From Candidatus Poribacteria bacterium (GTDB lineage Bacteria; Poribacteria; WGA-4E; PCPOR2b), in NCBI GenBank assembly GCA_965116925.1, contig OZ220744.1, positions 5,056,001 to 5,120,000 on the forward strand: DNA of 64,000 bases, written 5' to 3'. Of the stretch, positions 28,287-38,790 are shown in pieces; the first letter of the stretch is position 1; every line of letters starts with the position of its first letter. A program made the translations under genes and the position numbers. The notes beneath the pieces are model-generated. The model saw only the letters and a list, made by a program, of their open reading frames with translations, had not been told where the DNA came from and made no database searches.

Positions 28287-29717
28287 CTATAAGAACGTGC
28301 TAATTTGGGCTGGACTCAGGAAGTATGATGGCAAAATACCAATTAGGATGACACCTATTGCCGCAAGGGTTAGCGCAACGATGAGTAGACGTGGATAAGC
28401 GAGAAAGTCGAGTTCCGCTTCCGGCTCTCTCATGTACATCGCTACAACAACGCGGAGATAATAGAACGCAGAGATCGCGGTGTTAATCGCGCCAATAATC
28501 ACAAGCCAGATCTGTCCAGATTCGACCGCAGATCGAAAAATGTAGAACTTACCGACAAAGCCAGCCGTCGGTGGAAACCCAGCGAGGGATAACAACATTA
28601 TTGTCATGAACAGAGCGAGCAGCGGTTTTTTGAAACCCAGTCCGGCATAATCGGAAATCATAAGGCTTTCGCCATCTTCCGTCCTTGCGAGAATCACCGC
28701 CCCGAATGCCCCGATATTCATGACACAATAGACAAACAGATAAAACATCGCGCCGGAGATCCCGTCTTTGTTTGCTGCTGCCAGTCCGACCAAAACGTAT
28801 CCAGCATGAGCAATACTGGAATAAGCGAGCATACGCTTAATATTTCGTTGGGAAATGGCGACCAAGTTACCGACAGTCATCGTGAGTGCGGCAAGGATTG
28901 TAACAAGGATAATCCATTCGGATTGGAGGTTCTGTAGTGCGTCCATAAAGATTCTCAGGAACGCAGCAAACCCCGCCGCTTTCGGTCCAGCTGAGATAAA
29001 CGCGGCGATCGAAGTGGGTGCGCCTTCGTAGACATCGGGTGCCCACTGATGAAATGGCACAAGTGCCACCTTGAATCCGAATCCAACAACAAGCAGAAAC
29101 ATACCAGATAAGAGGAGCGGTGACCTTGCATCTACGGTTAAAGCAGAGGCTATTTCGGGAATGCTGGTTGTTCCCGCACCTCCGTAGATCAACGCAATAC
29201 CGTACAGAAAAAATCCGCTCGCAAACGCGCCAAGCAGTAGATACTTCATTCCAGCTTCGCTTGACGCCATACTCCGTTGGAAATAACCCGCTAGAACGTA
29301 AAGTGATAACGACATCAGTTCTAAGCCGAGGAAGACAACAATTAACTCATTGCCCGAAGCCATCAACATCATGCCCAACGTTGCCAAAAGGATTAACAGA
29401 TAATATTCCCCTTGTCGCCTATCTTGGTGCCCCAAGTAGTTCATTGAGATAAGGACGACCAGAATCGTTGAGACCAAGAATATGACATTGAAAAAGAGGG
29501 AATATTTATCCACCTGAATCATATTGCTAAATTCTGTGCCTTGCGTGCCGCTTTGCAGCATATTGATGGAAACATATAGGGCAATGGCAGAGCCAACGAT
29601 TGTGATCCAAGCGGTAAGCGTCTTTTGAAGTGAATTGAACAGATCAAAAATTACAACGAGGATAAAGGTCAAAATAATGATCAATTCGGGCATCAGCAGT
29701 TGCCAGTTAATTGTCAT
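28287..29717 (-). CDS. nuoN: NADH-quinone oxidoreductase subunit N
   Basis: EAGMKY, FKVALVPFHQWAPDVYEGAP and KRMLAYSSIAH motifs. Confidence 0.96.
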   Translation of the reverse strand: MTINWQLLMPELIIILTFILVVIFDLFNSLQKTLTAWITIVGSAIALYVSINMLQSGTQGTEFSNMIQVDKYSLFFNVIFLVSTILVVLISMNYLGHQDRRQGEYYLLILLATLGMMLMASGNELIVVFLGLELMSLSLYVLAGYFQRSMASSEAGMKYLLLGAFASGFFLYGIALIYGGAGTTSIPEIASALTVDARSPLLLSGMFLLVVGFGFKVALVPFHQWAPDVYEGAPTSIAAFISAGPKAAGFAAFLRIFMDALQNLQSEWIILVTILAALTMTVGNLVAISQRNIKRMLAYSSIAHAGYVLVGLAAANKDGISGAMFYLFVYCVMNIGAFGAVILARTEDGESLMISDYAGLGFKKPLLALFMTIMLLSLAGFPPTAGFVGKFYIFRSAVESGQIWLVIIGAINTAISAFYYLRVVVAMYMREPEAELDFLAYPRLLIVALTLAAIGVILIGILPSYFLSPAQISTFL

Positions 29718-29756
29718 TCAAAGCCTCCAATTTTAGATGAACGGCTAGGTCCATCT

Positions 29757-31499
29757 TTACACAAAGAACAGAAATGTTACAATCACAAATATGGGAACCA
29801 AAATTACCACTGACCAAATCATGTATCCGAAGAAACTGGGCATCTTCACACCGTTTTCCTCGGCAATCGCTTTGACCATAAAGTTCGGTGCGTTGCCGAT
29901 ATAGGTGTTAGCCCCCATAAACACTGCACCACAACTAATTGCCAGCAATGTCTGCGACATTGGACCCATGAGCGAAGTTGGATCACCGCCCGCCGTATTG
30001 AAGAAGACAACGTAGGTCGGGGCGTTGTCTAGGAAGCTCGATAGCACCCCTGTCAACCAGAAATACATCGCATTGACAGGATCATTCGTTGTCGTTTGAA
30101 CTGCAAGCACAATGCTGCTAAGGCTTCCATCAATGCCCGCCTGCAAGAGTTTCAAAGCTGGAATCATGCAAACAAAAATGCCGATAAACAGTTTGGCAAC
30201 CTCTAGGATCGGTTCCCACGTAAAACCGTTTGCCGCACGGACATTCGTTTCCAACTGGCTCGGTTCAGGCAGATTATGTCCATGCTCATCTTTCACGGTT
30301 TTATACATCGGTGTGTACAACAGACTGATGATTGCAATCAAGATTAGCAAACCATCTCGCACCAGATTAAAATAGGGTACAGTTACGCCGAAGATTGAGA
30401 TGCCGCGGTTCTCATCATGTGTCTTTTGTGCACGCAAACTATTGACCGCAGCGCGAGCGTGGAGGTGGTTTTCTCGCAATTCATAGTATTCGTGATTGGA
30501 TTTGTCGAATTTTATCGTTTTGTCATTCTCATGTTCCTTGGCATACGTTTCGAGTTTTGCCTTCGTAGATGCCATCTTTTCTTCTGCGGCTTCGATTTGT
30601 GGTGCCATTTTTTGAGCAACCGAATGATCCTTAAAAGGCCCATCAGCGAGTGATTTGGACCACAAGATTGCACCGATGATACCGGCGATAAGCACAAAAT
30701 TCCAAACACCTTGGAGGCGGAGTGGTTCTTTTTCCCCATCGTCCGGCGGCGTTCCTTCTTTCCTGAACAAGACTGTGTCGACAATAAAGAATATAATCAG
30801 CAGTATAATTACCACCGGTATCATCGCTGGGAGCAATGCCATTGTCCAGAAGAAGTCAATTCCTTTGAGGAATCCGAGAAACAGCGGTGGATCGCCCAGT
30901 GGGGTCAATGAGCCACCGATATTGGCTACCAGAAATATGAAAAAGACGACAACGTGAACACGATACTTACGCCATTCGTTAGCTCGAAGAATCGGACGAA
31001 TCAGCAACATTGCTGCTCCCGTTGTTCCCATCCAACTTGCCAATGCGGTTCCTATTGCAATCAGTATGGTATTTACGACGGGGGAACCTCGCAGCGAGCC
31101 TTTCAGACAAATTCCGCCCGCACATGTGAAAAGTGCAGCTAACAAAATAATAAAGGGAACATAATCGAGCAGGACGATATGAACAATTTCATACCATCCA
31201 TCACCTTTGTAGGCGATAAGGAAGGGGATAGAGAGAATGGCAATCCACGCTAACGAGAATTTCCCGTAGTGATGTTCCCAGAAATGGAAGTTAATCAGTG
31301 GGACAATTGCAATGGAGAGCAGCATACCGATAAACGGAATGACACTCCAGAGGGGCAGCTTTGCGCCATCTACACCGTGATGTGCGGTGTGATCATCATG
31401 TCCATCACCACCTGCAGCTGCTGCAAAACCAATTGTCGGGAAAAGGATAATTCCAATGATACCCAAAAGTACCAAGGGGAAAAATAGGTGTTTATTCAT
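29757..31499 (-). CDS. Putative sodium:proton antiporter (IT superfamily) with inserted soluble helical loop
   Basis: [29 protein letters not shown] and [14 protein letters not shown] motifs; ATG 31499 overlaps the nuoM end. Confidence 0.85.
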   Translation of the reverse strand: MNKHLFFPLVLLGIIGIILFPTIGFAAAAGGDGHDDHTAHHGVDGAKLPLWSVIPFIGMLLSIAIVPLINFHFWEHHYGKFSLAWIAILSIPFLIAYKGDGWYEIVHIVLLDYVPFIILLAALFTCAGGICLKGSLRGSPVVNTILIAIGTALASWMGTTGAAMLLIRPILRANEWRKYRVHVVVFFIFLVANIGGSLTPLGDPPLFLGFLKGIDFFWTMALLPAMIPVVIILLIIFFIVDTVLFRKEGTPPDDGEKEPLRLQGVWNFVLIAGIIGAILWSKSLADGPFKDHSVAQKMAPQIEAAEEKMASTKAKLETYAKEHENDKTIKFDKSNHEYYELRENHLHARAAVNSLRAQKTHDENRGISIFGVTVPYFNLVRDGLLILIAIISLLYTPMYKTVKDEHGHNLPEPSQLETNVRAANGFTWEPILEVAKLFIGIFVCMIPALKLLQAGIDGSLSSIVLAVQTTTNDPVNAMYFWLTGVLSSFLDNAPTYVVFFNTAGGDPTSLMGPMSQTLLAISCGAVFMGANTYIGNAPNFMVKAIAEENGVKMPSFFGYMIWSVVILVPIFVIVTFLFFV

Positions 31500-33030
31500 C
31501 AATCTTTTTTGCCTCTTTTGTTGTGGTGTCCAGTACAATTGCGGGAGCAGCTGCCTCTACCGCTGCGGTGGATCTACTCTGTTGTAACACTTGACTGACT
31601 GATTGTTCCATTCGGCTCAGAAACGGTTTGGGGTAAACGCCAATCCAAATGATGAAGACCACAATTGGAACCAGTACAACGATTTCGCGCAAGCTCAAAT
31701 CGGTCAAGGTTTGATTTTTTGGGTTATCGAGTTTGCCAAACATAACGCGTTGGAACATCCAAAGCATATACACCGCTGCCAAAATAACGCCGGTTGCAGC
31801 AATAATGACATACACTTTAGAGAATGAATCGGACATGAAACCGCCGAGCAAGATCATAAACTCGCCGACAAATCCGTTCAAACCGGGTAACCCAATCGAT
31901 GAAAGCGTCACAATCATAAAAAATACAGCGAAAATCGGCATCTGTTTTGACAGTCCACCGAAATCGGCAATCATACGGGTATGCCGACGTTCATAAATCA
32001 TCCCGACGAGCAAGAAAAGTGCACCGGTGCTTAACCCGTGATTAATCATTTGAAGAATACCACCCTGCACGCCTTGATGGTTGAGGGCGAAAAGTCCAAG
32101 CACAACAAACCCCAAATGACTCACACTCGAATAAGCAACCAATTTTTTGAGGTCTGGCTGCACCATCGCCACCAATGCACCGTAAATGATACCAATCACG
32201 GACAACGTTACGATCAGCGGCGTATACGCTGCGACCCCTTCCGGGAAAAGGGGCATACAGAAACGCACGATGCCGTATGTTCCCATTTTGAGTAATACGC
32301 CAGCGAGAATAACGCTGCCAACCGTTGGTGCTTCAACGTGTGCGTCGGGAAGCCAGGTGTGGAAGGGGAAAAGCGGCACCTTGATGGCAAAGGCGATGAA
32401 AAACGCCAAGAATAGCAAGTTCTGATGCGATAGTGATCTGCCGTACAAGGTCATCAGGTTGAAACTGTTATCGTTTTGGAAATAGAGGTACAAAATCCCA
32501 ACAAGCATCAACGCGCTGCCTGCCATTGTGTACAGGACAAACTTAATTGTCGCGTAGATGCGCCGGTGTCCACCCCAGATACCGATTAGTAGATACATCG
32601 GGATGAGCATCGCCTCCCAAAATACAAAAAAGAGGAAAAGGTCTAATGCACAAAACACACCGAGCATCGCCGTTTCAAGCATAAGCAAGGAAATCATGAA
32701 TCCGCTGGGACCCTTTTCTATCGAATTCCATGCTGCGAGCACACAAATCGGTGTCATAAAAGTGGTCAGCAGAACCAACCAGAGCGAGATACCGTCAATG
32801 CCGAGGTGATAGCTTATGCCAAGTCCCTCAATCCAAGTCCGCTCCTCCTTAAACTGCATCTCATGCGTGCTTGCGTCAAACCCGGTATAGAGGGATAGCG
32901 ACAAGGCAAAAGTGAGCAGCGTAACGATCAGTGCAATCCATTTAAGCCCTGACTCACCTAAGATGTGCCTCGCAAGGGCAATTAAAATTGCGCCGAGTAG
33001 TGGTAAAAAGATAACTGCGGAAAGTAGCAA
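31492..33030 (-). CDS. nuoM: NADH-quinone oxidoreductase subunit M
   Basis: [27 protein letters not shown] and LLKMG motifs. Confidence 0.96.
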   Translation of the reverse strand: MLLSAVIFLPLLGAILIALARHILGESGLKWIALIVTLLTFALSLSLYTGFDASTHEMQFKEERTWIEGLGISYHLGIDGISLWLVLLTTFMTPICVLAAWNSIEKGPSGFMISLLMLETAMLGVFCALDLFLFFVFWEAMLIPMYLLIGIWGGHRRIYATIKFVLYTMAGSALMLVGILYLYFQNDNSFNLMTLYGRSLSHQNLLFLAFFIAFAIKVPLFPFHTWLPDAHVEAPTVGSVILAGVLLKMGTYGIVRFCMPLFPEGVAAYTPLIVTLSVIGIIYGALVAMVQPDLKKLVAYSSVSHLGFVVLGLFALNHQGVQGGILQMINHGLSTGALFLLVGMIYERRHTRMIADFGGLSKQMPIFAVFFMIVTLSSIGLPGLNGFVGEFMILLGGFMSDSFSKVYVIIAATGVILAAVYMLWMFQRVMFGKLDNPKNQTLTDLSLREIVVLVPIVVFIIWIGVYPKPFLSRMEQSVSQVLQQSRSTAAVEAAAPAIVLDTTTKEAKKIDE

Positions 33031-33063
33031 GTATAACCTCCGAAGTGTAACGCGTAAAGGTAT

Positions 33064-33447
33064 TTACGCTTCGTGATTTGCGAGTGATTCTCTAATTTCA
33101 ACTGTACGATTACCGTAGTCAATTTCTAAAACGTAACCTTCTAAAAGCTCACTGCCGAGTAATGCGTCCTCAGATTCTGTAAGGGAGATTTCCGCTTGGT
33201 CAACCGCTTCACCCAAACGGATAGTGGCCTCAAATGTCAGTTCACGTTTGACAGTTCCATCGGCAAGTTCGTAGTTGATACGTCCATATAGTTCGAGTCC
33301 TAATGGAATTGCAAGCGGTAGAGGCAAGCACAAAGAGCCATTAAATCCTGTATCGATCACTGCATCAATCGTTGCTTCTCCACGGTTGCCAAATATAGAC
33401 ACTGCAATCCGCGGCTGTCCTACATCATCAAAATAGCCACGTATCAA
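33064..33447 (-). CDS. Clan AA aspartic protease (AF_0612-like)
   Basis: AVIDTGFNGSL.LP, LADG and ALLG motifs. Confidence 0.85.
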   Translation of the reverse strand: MIRGYFDDVGQPRIAVSIFGNRGEATIDAVIDTGFNGSLCLPLPLAIPLGLELYGRINYELADGTVKRELTFEATIRLGEAVDQAEISLTESEDALLGSELLEGYVLEIDYGNRTVEIRESLANHEA

Positions 33448-33734
33448 GCCGATACCCTTCCCCGATCCCGGTGTACCGCTCGGAACCCTGGGCGAACAAA
33501 ATAGAAAAGTTTATCCGGGTACTTTTGTTTCCCCTTATCACCCGCCTCAATAACATTTTTGCCGACAAAATAATCGCCGCTATACGGCTCAATGGCAACA
33601 ACAAGTCCGTAATATTTATCTTCCAATTCAGACTTCAATTTCTCATAGACCTCATCACTTTTTTCATCAAACTCCCGCATGTTGATTGGCACAATTTTTT
33701 CGAGTTCTCCAGTGTTCTTGTTCATGATACCCAC
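33444..33734 (-). CDS. DUF5678-like small protein
   Basis: LE.KYYGLVVAIEP.SGDYFVG....A......KYP...FY; 4-bp overlap with the protease gene. Confidence 0.65.
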   Translation of the reverse strand: MGIMNKNTGELEKIVPINMREFDEKSDEVYEKLKSELEDKYYGLVVAIEPYSGDYFVGKNVIEAGDKGKQKYPDKLFYFVRPGFRAVHRDRGRVSA

Positions 33735-33737
33735 TCC

Positions 33738-35621
33738 TCATCGAATAAACAGGTAATACCCCAAGAAAATGATGATACCGATGACCATTGACACGACGTA
33801 GGCTTGGACAACCCCCGTCTGAAGTCGTCGGATCGAGCCGCCGATGCCGCGAATAATAAATGCGGTTAGATTCACAAGTCCGTCGATGATGCCGATATCC
33901 ATGATCTTCCAGAACAGGTAGTGGGATACGCCACGGATCGGCTGCACCAAAACAGCGTTATAGATTTCGTCAATATAGTATTTGTTAGCGAGGAGTCTGT
34001 GCAGCGGGTTTGTCGGTTCATCAACGGGTGCTTTGCTGCGATATATGAACCAAGCGACTAAAATGCCAGCAATGCCAACGATGGATGAAATAATCATAAA
34101 GGGGACCGGATTGCTGTGATCTGCTATGCCATGATGTTTAAATCCTGTCACGCTTCCCAAGAAATGATGCATCGCGCTGTGCTCTCCGCCCCAACCGACA
34201 ATTGCACCGATAATTAGAGAAGGAATTGCTAACAACACAAGCGGTATCCACATCACCGGCGGCGATTCGTGAAGATGCGACTCAACCTCTGAATCGACTC
34301 GTGACTCACCATGAAAGACGACGAAGATTAGACGAAACATATAGAACGCCGTAAGGAACGCTGTAAGCAGCCCAATCCCAAAAATTATTTGGTGCCCACC
34401 ATCCCAAGCGTTGTGTAGTATTTCATCTTTACTCCAGAAACCGCTCAAGAACGGGAAACCCGCAATTGCAAGCGCACCGATGAGGAATGTCCAATAGGTG
34501 ATCGGCAGTTTCGATTTCAGCCCACCCATTTTCCGCATATCCAACTCATCCGCCATAGCGTGCATCACGCTGCCAGCGGTGAGGAACATCAACCCTTTGA
34601 AGAAAGCGTGTGTCATCAGGTGAAAGATCCCAGAGGTATACGCACCAACCCCCACACCCACGAACATATAACCGAGTTGGCTTACAGTCGAATATGCTAA
34701 CACGCGCTTGATGTCATTTGCAGCCAATGCCATCGTCGCAGCGAACAGGGCAGTGAGAACGCCAATCCAAGCGACGACAACCCCTGTGTGCGCTAGGTTA
34801 AACAGGATTGATGACCGTGCGACCATGTAGACACCCGCCGTGACCATCGTGGCAGCATGGATCAACGCACTAACAGGAGTCGGACCCTCCATCGCATCGG
34901 GGAGCCAAACGTAGAGAGGGATTTGTGCGGACTTGCCCACCGCGCCGACGAAAAGGAGCAGCGTTGCAACAATGAGTGTACTTGCCCCGAAAACCTGCTC
35001 ATACGTGTTGGTTTCGGCGAGTCCAAACATCTGGTCAAAATTTAATGTGCCAAACGCTGCAAACAGTGTGAACATCCCAAGCAGGAATCCAAAGTCGCCG
35101 ATTCGGTTGACGATAAACGCTTTCTTGCCAGCATCGGTGGCAGATTTTCTCTCAAACCAATGACCGATCAATAGATAAGAACAGAGTCCAACGCCTTCCC
35201 AACCGATGAACATCATCAGATAGTTGTTCGCCAAAACGAGAATTAACATGGCAAACACAAATAGGTTGAGATAGGCAAAATAGCGTGTCCTCCCTGAATC
35301 ATGGCTCATGTAGCCGATTGAATAGATATGGATGAGGAAACCGACTCCTGTGATGACGAGGAGCATCACTGTGGTCAGCGCATCAACGTGGAAGCCGATG
35401 GTAAGAGATTCAATGGGGATCCATTCGTAGAGCGTTTCCTTCAGTTCCCCACCGCCGCGCACCGCAGGAAATACAAAGAACGCACTGATAATGAACGATA
35501 TGAGCACCGCAAGAGATGCAATCCAACCACTCACATTTTTCAGCCATTTTCCAAACAGTCCATTGATTAAAAATCCAATCAGTGGGGAAATCAAAAGTAT
35601 AGTTATTAGGTCTTTCGACAT
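33738..35621 (-). CDS. nuoL: NADH-quinone oxidoreductase subunit L
   Basis: GKSAQIPLYVWLPDAMEGPTPVSALIHAATMVTAG motif. Confidence 0.97.
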   Translation of the reverse strand: MSKDLITILLISPLIGFLINGLFGKWLKNVSGWIASLAVLISFIISAFFVFPAVRGGGELKETLYEWIPIESLTIGFHVDALTTVMLLVITGVGFLIHIYSIGYMSHDSGRTRYFAYLNLFVFAMLILVLANNYLMMFIGWEGVGLCSYLLIGHWFERKSATDAGKKAFIVNRIGDFGFLLGMFTLFAAFGTLNFDQMFGLAETNTYEQVFGASTLIVATLLLFVGAVGKSAQIPLYVWLPDAMEGPTPVSALIHAATMVTAGVYMVARSSILFNLAHTGVVVAWIGVLTALFAATMALAANDIKRVLAYSTVSQLGYMFVGVGVGAYTSGIFHLMTHAFFKGLMFLTAGSVMHAMADELDMRKMGGLKSKLPITYWTFLIGALAIAGFPFLSGFWSKDEILHNAWDGGHQIIFGIGLLTAFLTAFYMFRLIFVVFHGESRVDSEVESHLHESPPVMWIPLVLLAIPSLIIGAIVGWGGEHSAMHHFLGSVTGFKHHGIADHSNPVPFMIISSIVGIAGILVAWFIYRSKAPVDEPTNPLHRLLANKYYIDEIYNAVLVQPIRGVSHYLFWKIMDIGIIDGLVNLTAFIIRGIGGSIRRLQTGVVQAYVVSMVIGIIIFLGYYLFIR

Positions 35622-35676
35622 TTTAGACTCCTCTGCCAGATGAAACGTGAAAAGAATTTCTTCACGTTTTACGCCT

Positions 35677-35976
35677 CTATCCCTTCATTGAGTTGATTTC
35701 ATCAATGTTAATCGTTTCGCGATGTCTGAAAACACTCACAATAATAGCGAGACCTATGGCGACTTCGGCGGCAGCGACGGTCATAACAAAGAACACAAAG
35801 ATCTGTCCCGAAGCGTCCCCCAATTCTCGACCGATTGCGACGAAAGCGAGATTCGCCGCGTTGAGCATCAGTTCAATGCACATAAAAATAATGATTGCGT
35901 TTCTTCGGATAAGCACGCCGATCACCCCGATAGTAAAGAGCAACGCGCTTAAAATAAGATAATATTGCAGAGCCAT
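35677..35976 (-). CDS. nuoK: NADH-quinone oxidoreductase subunit K
   Basis: RRN....MCIELMLNA and [10 protein letters not shown] motifs. Confidence 0.96.
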   Translation of the reverse strand: MALQYYLILSALLFTIGVIGVLIRRNAIIIFMCIELMLNAANLAFVAIGRELGDASGQIFVFFVMTVAAAEVAIGLAIIVSVFRHRETINIDEINSMKG

Positions 35977-35997
35977 ATTCCAACCCCTAGTTTACAA

Positions 35998-36699
35998 TTA
36001 AGCCGCCGTATCTGTATCTTCACGTTTAACGAGCACGATGACCCCGATTAAAGCTGCAAGTAATACAAGCGATGTGACCTCAAAAGGCAGTAGGAACTTC
36101 GTAAATAGTATCGTTCCAATACGGTCAGGTTTACCCATTTCTCCCTGAAGTTTTGCGATAAGTTGATTCGCTTCACCTGCTGTGAGTGTTTCTACGGTGT
36201 TCTTTTGTTCAGCAATCTTTGGCACATAGGTGCTATTGATTTCTGCGCGGTCAAGTTGGTAGATGGATTCAATTTCTCCAATCCGGTTCAGTTGCTCTGA
36301 AGTAATCGCTGCTCCAACCTCTTGGAGTGCGTCCTGAGAAGGTGCAACAGCGGTGCCATCATACGCTTTGATTCCGATGTAAACTGCTTCTGCTGCCAGT
36401 AGAATCCCCACAATGACGGCGAACACCTTTGCCTTGTTGATTTGACGCCCTGCTTGAAGCCTCCCCAAGTTGAGCAACATAATCACGAACAGGAATAGCA
36501 CCATAATTGCGCCGGCATAGACAATCACCTGCACGGCGGCAACAAAGTACGCTCCCAACGAGACAAACAACCCTGCCAATGAGAAGAAGGTCAGGACCAA
36601 GGCTAGCGCACTGTGAATCGGATTCCTAAATGCGATGACGCATATCGCAGAACCAACCGCTAGTATCCCAAAAATAATAAACAGAATCTGTTCAGCCAT
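35998..36699 (-). CDS. nuoJ: NADH-quinone oxidoreductase subunit J (with long loop insertion)
   Basis: NPIHSAL, QVIVYAGAIMVLFLFVIML and PFEVTS motifs; start at ATG 36699. Confidence 0.95.
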   Translation of the reverse strand: MAEQILFIIFGILAVGSAICVIAFRNPIHSALALVLTFFSLAGLFVSLGAYFVAAVQVIVYAGAIMVLFLFVIMLLNLGRLQAGRQINKAKVFAVIVGILLAAEAVYIGIKAYDGTAVAPSQDALQEVGAAITSEQLNRIGEIESIYQLDRAEINSTYVPKIAEQKNTVETLTAGEANQLIAKLQGEMGKPDRIGTILFTKFLLPFEVTSLVLLAALIGVIVLVKREDTDTAA

Positions 36700-36709
36700 G
36701 TGTATCCTT

Positions 36710-36792
36710 TTGACGTACTCCCCCACCCTGAAGGGTGGGGTCTTGTCAGCAAGATTAATAAATCAGAGGCTTGTTACAGCCTACGGTAGTTA
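36710..36792 (-). mobile_element. IS200/IS605-family-like miniature non-autonomous element (paired end hairpins)
   Basis: Minus strand reads TAACTACCGTAGGCTGTAACAAGCCT...AAGACCCCACCCTTCAGGGTGGGGGAGTACGTCAA; perfect 9-bp hairpin, ending in GTCAA. Confidence 0.55.
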
Positions 36793-37971
36793 TTCAGATG
36801 AAGCCTCTTCGGTAAAACTTAGTATACCTCTATCATCAACCGGTTCAGGTTCCCGCGTCATCACCAATGTAGTTGCTACGATTGCAACAACGATAGCAGC
36901 GGCGACGACATTTAGTATGCCCACAAGAAGTTTCGATTGTGTGAATGCCCAAACCGTCCCCGTCACAACGATTGATGTAAGTGCGATAGGCAGTAGAAAT
37001 TTCCAGCCGAGATTCATGAGCTGATCATACCGAAATCGGGGCAATGTCCATCTCACCCAGATAAAAACAAAGAGGAAAAATGCTGTTTTGGCGAAAAAGA
37101 TTCCGAATGAAATCACGCCACTCCAGAAGGGACCGCCAACCGTTTCCAACCCGAAGAAGTGCCAACCACCCAAGAAAAGCGTGACAGCCACCGCCGAGCC
37201 GACAATCATGTGCATATACTCCGCCATAAAATACATAGCGAATTTCATGCTGCTATATTCCGTGTGGTATCCACCGACAAGCTCCTGTTCCGCTTCGGCG
37301 AGATCGAAGGGGAGACGGTTAGTTTCTGCGAAAGCAGCGGTGGTAAAGGCTAAAAAGGCTGGAAAATGGATCAAGAAATTCCAAGTCCAAGGATAACTCC
37401 CTTGTTGGATTGCGATGTCTCGGAGGCTTAATGAACTTGAAAGCATCAGAATGCCGATAATCGAAAGCCCCAACGTCAACTCATAGCTAATCATCTGTGC
37501 AGAAGAGCGCAAGCCACCGAGCAGCGAATACTTGTTATTCGATGCCCATGCACCAAGCACAACACCATAAACCCCCAACGAGGTAATTGCCAGAATATAC
37601 AGAACCCCGATATTAATATCGGCAATTTGCAGAGGGATTTCGTAGCCTGAGATTGTTATTGAACTGCCGAAGGGCACAACCCCGCAGGTAACTAGTGCCG
37701 GGACCAAAATAATTGCAGGTGCGAGTAGATAAATCGGCTTATCCACATGGTCCGGAACTAGGTCCTCTTTCAGCAGAAATTTTATGCCATCGGCGATCGG
37801 CTGCAAAATACCCCAAGGTCCGACACGATTGGGACCGTGCCGATTCTGAATCCATCCACTCACTTTCCGCTCGGCAAGAATCATCGCCATAACGCCGATA
37901 AGTAACAGATGAACGACGACAACAATTTTGATGAGTGAGCTAATGATTAAAACGTGAAATGGTAAGTCCAT
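36790..37971 (-). CDS. nuoH: NADH-quinone oxidoreductase subunit H
   Basis: ERKV...GPNRVG, QPIADG.K and NRLPFDLAEAEQELV.GY.TEYS motifs. Confidence 0.97.
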   Translation of the reverse strand: MDLPFHVLIISSLIKIVVVVHLLLIGVMAMILAERKVSGWIQNRHGPNRVGPWGILQPIADGIKFLLKEDLVPDHVDKPIYLLAPAIILVPALVTCGVVPFGSSITISGYEIPLQIADINIGVLYILAITSLGVYGVVLGAWASNNKYSLLGGLRSSAQMISYELTLGLSIIGILMLSSSLSLRDIAIQQGSYPWTWNFLIHFPAFLAFTTAAFAETNRLPFDLAEAEQELVGGYHTEYSSMKFAMYFMAEYMHMIVGSAVAVTLFLGGWHFFGLETVGGPFWSGVISFGIFFAKTAFFLFVFIWVRWTLPRFRYDQLMNLGWKFLLPIALTSIVVTGTVWAFTQSKLLVGILNVVAAAIVVAIVATTLVMTREPEPVDDRGILSFTEEASSE

Positions 37972-37991
37972 ATCTCTCCCTATCTGGATTC

Positions 37992-38351
37992 TTAGACAAC
38001 TCTGTTTTCAAGACTCCCCAAAATTTCTACGACTTTCACTTTCAGTTCTGGAATATCTTTCTGAATAATTCCCCAAACTACATTTTCATCAATTCCAAAA
38101 TAATGGTGGACTAAAGTGTTCCTCAATCCTATAATCGCTCGCCATTCTATGTCCGAGAATCTTCGTTTGAATTCATTGGTAAGAGAATTGGCAGCTTCAC
38201 CAATGATTTCGAGTTGCTTTATTGAAGCAAACCGCATCATTGAGTTTGCCACAAAATTGTCAAAGCCAACTTGACGGGTGTAAGATTCTATTTCAAAAAT
38301 AGCATCTAATATATGTTGAAGTCTTGCCCGATCACCCAGATCCCCTCGCAT
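37992..38351 (-). CDS. HepT-like (DUF86) HEPN toxin
   Basis: LEIIGEAA, W..IIGLRNTLVHHYF (Rx4HxY motif). Confidence 0.9.
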   Translation of the reverse strand: MRGDLGDRARLQHILDAIFEIESYTRQVGFDNFVANSMMRFASIKQLEIIGEAANSLTNEFKRRFSDIEWRAIIGLRNTLVHHYFGIDENVVWGIIQKDIPELKVKVVEILGSLENRVV

Positions 38352-38634
38352 AGACTAGCACTCTGTCTTGTTCGATGTAAGGCTGAATGTGTTTTGAGAT
38401 AGCTTTTTGCGAAAGCAGATCCACCTGTCTGTTTAGCAAATCTTGCAAATCAAGCTGCATTTGGACAAATTCTAAACCAATCGGTTGTGCATAGTCTAGC
38501 TCAACTAAAATATCTATATCACTCTTATCATCAGCCTCATCTCTAGCGCACGATCCAAAGAGGTATGCCTTTAGCACCGGTTTATCTTTAAAATAATTGC
38601 CAATTTCTGAGATCTGCCTTGAGTCTAGTTTCAT
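38332..38634 (-). CDS. MntA-like minimal nucleotidyltransferase antitoxin
   Basis: LFGSCAR......SDIDILV (GSx10DxD), VDL; overlaps the HEPN gene. Confidence 0.9.
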   Translation of the reverse strand: MKLDSRQISEIGNYFKDKPVLKAYLFGSCARDEADDKSDIDILVELDYAQPIGLEFVQMQLDLQDLLNRQVDLLSQKAISKHIQPYIEQDRVLVYARGSG

Positions 38635-38677
38635 CTTCTTCTCCACTCTGCAAACCGGATTTTGCCGCGCTTAACAA

Positions 38678-38790
38678 TCACAGGATATCCTCTTTTGTCA
38701 ATCCTTCGTTGTAATCTGACAGACCTTCCTCGGCGAGTTTTTGGTCTTCGTCGGCAAATTCAGCGTAGAGAGCAGCTAAATCTATTTCAG
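38678..38790 (-). pseudogene. Possible C-terminal relic of a small acidic antitoxin-like gene
   Basis: IDLAALYAEFADEDQKLAEEGLSDYNEGLTKED reads as coding but has no plausible start outside nuoG. Confidence 0.35.
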
